Positions 21,150 through 26,467 of a stretch of 26,467 nucleotides of DNA are shown here, piece after piece (positions within the stretch are counted from its first letter, which is position 1; each line of letters begins with the position of its first letter). The stretch covers positions 1 to 26,467 of the forward strand of contig JBHHUC010000027.1 of NCBI GenBank assembly GCA_046861395.1. The letters are read 5' to 3'. The notes under the pieces are model-generated. The model was not told the DNA's origin, made no database searches, and worked only from the letters and a program-made list of their open reading frames with translations. A program made the translations under genes and the position numbers. This DNA comes from Fidelibacterota bacterium. Its GTDB lineage: Bacteria; Fidelibacterota; Marinisomatia; Marinisomatales; JABMOV01.

Positions 21150-23924
21150 TTAAAATCGGTAACCAAGTGAAAGTAGGATTCCCGAACTATTCAATTCCCA
21201 CGATTCCAGGAATTCATCCGTTTTTCCATTCTGATCATTATCAATTTTATCCCGGTTGAATACCGGTGTATGCAACCACCGGAAATTAGCAGATAAATTT
21301 GCCACTAGGTGTTCAATTATTTCATAATCACCTCCGATTTTAAACCCATATAAACTTGAATTTATATCTCCTTGACTGGCCATCCAGTCCAATCCGCCGA
21401 TCAAACGCAGTTTATTCCCCCAGATGGGATAGGTCCCATTTAACGCCACCATCATCCATAAGTAGGGTTTTTTCACGATCTCACCCTTGGTGTTGAAGGT
21501 TGGCAGTTCCAGTTCTGTGAGACTGGTGGAAATGACCGTTCTCAGCTCCGAAGCAAAACGACTGCTCATATTGATGCCATAGGCACGGGTATCCGTTTTA
21601 GGAAAAAGATAATTCCGGCGACGATCATTGGCAAAATTATCCACACTCCGTATCGTGTTGAAATTGATGACAATGTTATGTGATGATGTTGGCAGTGTGA
21701 TCGGATAATTCAGAGACATTGTGGTTTGGAGACTGGTGGAATTCTCCCTCAAATCGATGGGCGTTCCCGCCACTTTTTCGATTTCGGTCTTTTCGTTATC
21801 CTTGTTGATGGATTGAAAATTGAACATGAGCGAAGGGGCGTCCATGCCCGGCATTATACTCATGCTGGCGGAAAAGGTATTGGTATTCAAAGGGTCGGTT
21901 TGAGTCCGTAGAATTTTATTGTCCCGATGCTGATAACTCACCGCTATGAGAATCTTATTATCCAGCAATTTTATCCTGTTTTTCATGGTGAATTCTCGGA
22001 CATTGCTGGAAAGATAGGGATTTCCCAACGATACAAATTCGGGGCCTACCTGATAATATTCAATGGAAAAGGAATTGAAATAATAATTCCCAATCAGCCG
22101 GAGGGCATAGGCTGACGAAGGCATATTAACGATGGTTGCAACCGGGGATTTTTGGAAGGAAGCGATGTCCAGCGGTACCAATGGCGTCATATATTGATTG
22201 ACCGTAAAAAATTCTTCATATTTCGTTGGGTTGATCAATGCGGCTGTATCTACCATCAGGCCGCCGGCGATAACCAGTCCGTTTTCATCATATTCAACAC
22301 CGATCAGTCCGTCGAGGCTGTCATCCAGGGCCGTATCCAATTCAGTCAATGTCAGCGCTCCGTCCCAGATATTGCGATTATACAGACTCATATTCCAGTC
22401 CAGTTCAATACGGAGTTTATTCTGATCGAAAATCCCGGCCATTTCAAATCCGACAACAAAGTTATCTTCCGGGTCCCCTCCGCTCCATTTGGAATCGGGT
22501 AAATCCACACTGCCGCCCATGGCCGAAACCGCGTCGCGGAAGGATGTATAAGTATATGTTCCGGGAGTAACAAGGGTATCAGCGGTAAAGGTGGCCGAGG
22601 CAGGTAGAATGCGGTCAATACTGGCCCGGTCATCCATGGCCTTGATGGCATGCAGTCCCAGGGAAAATCGTTTAATGGGTTGAATTTTTAACTGGTAAGC
22701 TTTGATCGATCGCTCAAATGTGTACCCGGTACGGTCCAGGGGAAAGATATAATTTCCCAGTGTATCTGTTCGGATATCACTGGGATAGAACACATATCCC
22801 TCATCTTTTTTTCCACCCCACTGAACAGATTGATTTATAATTCCCGAGACGGAGTAGAACTTAATCCAGGGCAGTCGAATATTTACACCCAAACCCCGGA
22901 TTCGCTTACCATCAACGGTGAAAGCATTGAAACTGGGAAAATAGTCCCCCATATTGATGGATAAATAATCGCCGAAGCCCAAACTCAGGGAAAGGCGGTT
23001 GTACGGTTGTTCATAGGGACTTTCCCGCGTGGAAAGGCGGACCTGGGCATCGGCCCCGATCCAAGTAACGCCGACTTCAACCTTACCGGATAGTTCAGAA
23101 TAATTCAAGGTCGTTCCGCTGTTGTATTCCAGAGATGAGCGGGATGATATTTCGCCGCTGTACAGTAATTGTTCCTCCAGATTAAAACCTGATTTCACGG
23201 TGGTGAAGGACCACGCCACCGGTTCAATGGGAACACCATAGACAGAAGACATGGTTATGGTAACCGTATGAGGTCCCGGTTCAAGGTAATCAGGGAGTGT
23301 ATTGATAATTCCTCCGGCCACCAGCGTCCGGTCCGTATAGGAAATCCCATCGATGGTCACTTCGATAGTCGAAGAGTCCACAAACGGTGCATGAAAGAAA
23401 GACGCCGCCACCACAATATCTTCAGGTGGGATTGCGCTACCCGGTTCCGGCGCAAGAATCAATAATTCGGCCTCCATGGCCTGTGTAGCGGCATACTGGT
23501 CTGAGCCGGGAAAACGACGACCCTGCTCAGGGATTTGCTTGGCAGGCACAAATTGGGGATTTTCCAGCGGTGAATCGGCCGGGTAACCAATGGTGCCACT
23601 ATCGTGGGTCAAGATGACAATGGCATATTCAATTCCATCGGATGATATTTTATGTCCCGGGATGGTTCCTTCCCATGACAGGCCGGTGGACCGCATGGGA
23701 ATTTCCTGATAACTGTGATTGCCCCGGGTGCGGTAAAATAAGGTTGCCGAGCGGGCATTTTCCGCTGTAAACGTGGAAACGGTTATGACCTGATCGACTC
23801 CGGGAGTGACCCAGTCCGGTGGATTATGAAATAGAGGGGACTCTGTTTGGCCCTGCAGACCGACTTCGAGGATGCCGATGAGGAGCAGAACCCATCGTAT
23901 AGTGAAAGACCGTCCCGTATTCAT
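21150..23924 (-). CDS. Predicted outer-membrane beta-barrel protein with N-terminal periplasmic Ig-like domains
   Basis: Signal peptide; Ig-like LFHNPP...LFYR...Y.EIPM...WEGTIP...IEYAI; many alternating amphipathic strands; BAM-type C-terminus LLSLGYRF. Confidence 0.75.
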   Translation of the reverse strand: MNTGRSFTIRWVLLLIGILEVGLQGQTESPLFHNPPDWVTPGVDQVITVSTFTAENARSATLFYRTRGNHSYQEIPMRSTGLSWEGTIPGHKISSDGIEYAIVILTHDSGTIGYPADSPLENPQFVPAKQIPEQGRRFPGSDQYAATQAMEAELLILAPEPGSAIPPEDIVVAASFFHAPFVDSSTIEVTIDGISYTDRTLVAGGIINTLPDYLEPGPHTVTITMSSVYGVPIEPVAWSFTTVKSGFNLEEQLLYSGEISSRSSLEYNSGTTLNYSELSGKVEVGVTWIGADAQVRLSTRESPYEQPYNRLSLSLGFGDYLSINMGDYFPSFNAFTVDGKRIRGLGVNIRLPWIKFYSVSGIINQSVQWGGKKDEGYVFYPSDIRTDTLGNYIFPLDRTGYTFERSIKAYQLKIQPIKRFSLGLHAIKAMDDRASIDRILPASATFTADTLVTPGTYTYTSFRDAVSAMGGSVDLPDSKWSGGDPEDNFVVGFEMAGIFDQNKLRIELDWNMSLYNRNIWDGALTLTELDTALDDSLDGLIGVEYDENGLVIAGGLMVDTAALINPTKYEEFFTVNQYMTPLVPLDIASFQKSPVATIVNMPSSAYALRLIGNYYFNSFSIEYYQVGPEFVSLGNPYLSSNVREFTMKNRIKLLDNKILIAVSYQHRDNKILRTQTDPLNTNTFSASMSIMPGMDAPSLMFNFQSINKDNEKTEIEKVAGTPIDLRENSTSLQTTMSLNYPITLPTSSHNIVINFNTIRSVDNFANDRRRNYLFPKTDTRAYGINMSSRFASELRTVISTSLTELELPTFNTKGEIVKKPYLWMMVALNGTYPIWGNKLRLIGGLDWMASQGDINSSLYGFKIGGDYEIIEHLVANLSANFRWLHTPVFNRDKIDNDQNGKTDEFLESWELNSSGILLSLGYRF

Positions 23925-23962
23925 AAAAGAATTTTATGGGAATATCCGTACGGAAAAAAGGC

Positions 23963-24643
23963 TTATTGATACTCAATAACCAGTGTTTTTATTGTTCCGT
24001 TTTCATCCTCAAATTCTATCCGTAGGGTGGATGTGCTACCTTCTTCCGTTTCTTCAGGGTCTACCGGGATATTGGAAGGGTTCGATTGTTCAATCATCAG
24101 GGACCCATCCAGTAATGATACGCCTGTCAAACCGGCCGTGACATCCTGGGTCAGGCCACTGATTATATTTGTCAGACTAACAACGCCTTCCATTCCGAAT
24201 AACTGATCACCACTCTGCGGGTCGGAAACAAACCAGAAATCCGTTCCTTTGACCGATGCCACCGATGTCGGGGTCTGGATAGTGAATTCGGTTTTTTTCT
24301 GTTTTTTGATCTTGGCCCGTACCGTTCCGGCTTCCATATTTACTTTTTTAGCAATAGTAGTGGCGGATCGTTTTCCGCTGATTTCTACTTCCGTATTATT
24401 GCGGACTTTCAACGCCGATTTATCATCGATAAATATTAAAGCAGCGAAACCATTAGCACCGGTCCGGATATAATCACCATTTTCCAGGACCGTTCCCGGT
24501 TTCAGATTAACATACTCCGCATCGGGAGCAGAACGTTTAACCTCTGCTTTTCCCAGAACCTTTGTGGTAATGGCAATTTTACTTCCGGCCATGATTAGGG
24601 ATGTCATAAGAAACAGCATCAGGACAGTCCATTTTTTCATCAT
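23963..24643 (-). CDS. Secreted/periplasmic FecR-domain protein
   Basis: Signal peptide; G.VLENGDYIRTGANGFAALIFIDDKSALKV..NTE, GTVRAKI, FTIQTPTSVASVKGTDF, EGVVSL. Confidence 0.9.
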   Translation of the reverse strand: MMKKWTVLMLFLMTSLIMAGSKIAITTKVLGKAEVKRSAPDAEYVNLKPGTVLENGDYIRTGANGFAALIFIDDKSALKVRNNTEVEISGKRSATTIAKKVNMEAGTVRAKIKKQKKTEFTIQTPTSVASVKGTDFWFVSDPQSGDQLFGMEGVVSLTNIISGLTQDVTAGLTGVSLLDGSLMIEQSNPSNIPVDPEETEEGSTSTLRIEFEDENGTIKTLVIEYQ

Positions 24644-24645
24644 GA

Positions 24646-25812
24646 TTAATCCTCCACCCTGATGTTTTTTACAATGACATTTTGATTGACGATTTGATTT
24701 AGAATAAATGCTACGCTGGATTGGTCAGCCGAAACATTATTGATGGAAAAGATACCTGTTGGAATAAAACCGTCCAATGCCGATCCCGGTCCGAATATTC
24801 CAGTAAATTGATCATCACCCAGTGCCTGTTGCAACATTTGCAAGGTAGGATCGACCGTGGCGGTATTGGATGTACCCGCCATATCGGCAATCTTAAAGGC
24901 ATTAATGGAAGACAATAACTCTTCCTGGCCGGCCGTTGTTGTGAGCGTTTGCCTGATTTGCCAGACATATACACGACCGAATTGCAGAGGACGTGCACCT
25001 GATAAAGGATATTGATAACTATTAAAACTACCTAATGGCTCCCAGGATGAGCCACTGTTGAATGGCAATGACAAATCATCTTCTATTGCTTCATCAACGG
25101 AAGAATGTACCCCCAGTTTGAATTCCGCCAGACGAATATAATTTTCACAACCGGCACAACTCTCAGAATGCCAGTTAAAAATGGGATATGTCGTATAGAC
25201 CATGTTGGACAAAGTATCTACCAGGGCACCACCCGGGGATTCCAGTGAAATGGACACCGGGGAATGAATGACAATTTCCTTAGTTTCATCGTCTGTTAAG
25301 GAAAGATTATTGGAATTTGCCCCAGACCACAGTTTTATGGTAAAAGTATAGGTTCCGTCAGCCAGTTTCCCACTGGTGACGATGGAACTGAGGATCGCAT
25401 CAAATTCGGCGGGGTTCATCATATCGAGGATTTGGCCATGAATCTCAATGGGAGTATTGTTCAAATCATAGATGACTGTAGTTTCCCGGGATAGGTCCCG
25501 GCTGCTCAGACGAACCTGATTATTGATTTGAAAAGGAGTCGTTTCCAGCTCTACGATGGTGGTAGGGTTATCGATCCCCAGACTGGGTGAGATCATTTCA
25601 CCTTTGAAGTATAATTTGACAAAAACGGGATAGCTGTCAGAGGATATTGTATAATCAAATAGTTGTACCTGGGAGGACCCCGTTTGCAAGTCAAAACTAC
25701 TTATATAATAGGTCGCATATTCATAAATCTGACCTTGCAATGTAGCCGTTTGTGCCTGAGCCGGTACGGCACCGGTAAAAAATAAACACAGAATTAGAAT
25801 TGCTTTCTTCAT
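24646..25812 (-). CDS. Secreted hypothetical protein with Ig/FN3-like (DUF928-reminiscent) domain; start reassigned to ATG 25812
   Basis: Signal peptide MKKAILILCLFFTGAVPAQA|Q preceded by purine-rich GAAAGAGAG; LADGTYTF, ISLESPG...YPIFNW...YQYP..GARPLQFGRVYVWQI. Confidence 0.7.
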   Translation of the reverse strand: MKKAILILCLFFTGAVPAQAQTATLQGQIYEYATYYISSFDLQTGSSQVQLFDYTISSDSYPVFVKLYFKGEMISPSLGIDNPTTIVELETTPFQINNQVRLSSRDLSRETTVIYDLNNTPIEIHGQILDMMNPAEFDAILSSIVTSGKLADGTYTFTIKLWSGANSNNLSLTDDETKEIVIHSPVSISLESPGGALVDTLSNMVYTTYPIFNWHSESCAGCENYIRLAEFKLGVHSSVDEAIEDDLSLPFNSGSSWEPLGSFNSYQYPLSGARPLQFGRVYVWQIRQTLTTTAGQEELLSSINAFKIADMAGTSNTATVDPTLQMLQQALGDDQFTGIFGPGSALDGFIPTGIFSINNVSADQSSVAFILNQIVNQNVIVKNIRVED

Positions 25813-25836
25813 TGGTCTCTCTTTCAATTGTCTTGA

Positions 25837-25865
25837 AATTTAACGGATCGATCTTTCAGACACAA
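25837..25865 (-). promoter_or_regulatory. Candidate sigma70-type promoter for the signalling module
   Basis: Minus strand TTGTGT (25865-25860), 17 nt, TAAATT (25842-25837), about 25 nt before the ATG at 25812. Confidence 0.45.
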
Positions 25866-25890
25866 CCAGTATTGACAAGGAGTCGGAACA

Positions 25891-25906
25891 CGTGAAATAA
25901 GTCACA
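25891..25906. promoter_or_regulatory. CRP-like box
   Basis: Plus strand CGTGA-AATAAG-TCACA (minus strand TGTGA-N6-TCACG), 9/10 match to the TGTGA-N6-TCACA core. Confidence 0.55.
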
Positions 25907-26070
25907 TCCCTGATGAAACCGGAAAGATGAAATAGTGTCTGGTAACAACCAACATAGAGTTTCAGGGGGAGCCCAGATCTCAGTGAAAGAGATAAGAGAG
26001 ATGCGACGGTATCCTGGCAATGATATTTTCACAATATGATCATATCCGAATAGGACTATCGGTAATCGGT

Positions 26071-26107
26071 ATAAAAAATAAGCCCTCTGAATTGCTTCAA
26101 AGGGCTT
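26071..26107 (-). terminator. Rho-independent terminator of the rRNA operon
   Basis: Minus strand AAGCCCTTTGAA-GCAA-TTCAGAGGGCTT (12-bp stem with one G-U pair, GNRA loop) followed by ATTTTTTAT, just after the 5S gene. Confidence 0.9.
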
Positions 26108-26113
26108 GAAAGG

Positions 26114-26233
<120 letters not shown>

Positions 26234-26279
26234 AAAAGTTTTTTGGAAATTGATGCCTCGATTCATAAAAATGAAAAAT

Positions 26280-26467
26280 TGATAAAGCCGTTCGACATAT
26301 TAGTACCACTCGGCTGAATGCATTACTACACTTACACCTGTGGCCTATCAACGTTGTAGTCTTCAACGAGTCTTATTACCTAATGGTAGGGAGATCTCAT
26401 CTTGGGATAGGTTTCGCACTTATATGCTTTCAGCGCTTATCCTTTCCGAACATAGCTACCCAGCGAT
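26280..26467 (-). rRNA. rrl: 23S rRNA, 3' end (partial)
   Basis: Plus strand ...ATTAGTACC...CTTACAC...GCCTATCAACG...ATGCTTTCAGCGCTTATCC...TAGCTACC is the reverse complement of the conserved 23S 3' region; 3' boundary approximate. Confidence 0.96.

Noticed and set aside
26019..26027. Single copies of the AAYGATRTT-like 9-mer here and at 18610-18618
   Set aside because: Isolated AT-rich matches without tandem phasing; expected by chance.
25813..26070. Riboswitch, tRNA or sRNA between the rRNA terminator and the first CDS; also a perfect plus-strand TTGACA at 25872-25877
   Set aside because: No tRNA cloverleaf or riboswitch consensus that I can recognise, and the TTGACA has no convincing -10 at 16-18 nt. 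An Rfam/Infernal scan would settle it.

Overview
Bacterial window with almost every real gene on the minus strand. It most likely comes from an FCB-superphylum lineage such as Marinisomatota/Marinimicrobia, KSB1 or Calditrichota, inferred from a Por/T9SS-type C-terminal domain and Gln-first mature secreted proteins. In transcription order (right to left) it holds four blocks. (1) The 3' end of an rRNA operon: partial 23S, 5S and an intrinsic terminator. (2) A putative trans-envelope signalling module: secreted Ig-like protein, stand-alone FecR-domain protein, outer-membrane beta-barrel and a CHASE2 class III adenylate cyclase. (3) A surface-structure module: cohesin-domain lipoprotein, non-catalytic FGE/C-type-lectin-fold protein and a 1674-aa Ig/FN3/cadherin/dockerin/cohesin protein with a T9SS-type tail. 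(4) An MSH-like type IV pilus operon: BldC/Xis-type HTH-receiver regulator, ExeA/MshM ATPase, PilM-PilN fusion, PilO, MshK/PilP-like protein, secretin, PilT, PilU, CheY-like receiver, PilD and a truncated MshEN-PilB. Signals beyond routine annotation include two CRP-like boxes with identical cores (TGTGA-N6-TCACG) in front of modules 2 and 3, one at exact class II spacing. There are also five phased 9-bp direct repeats over the pilus promoter next to a BldC-like regulator, and three 'orphan' beta-strands in the giant protein that match the strand missing from the neighbouring lectin's Ig domain (possible donor-strand docking). All domain calls come from visual motif recognition, not database searches.
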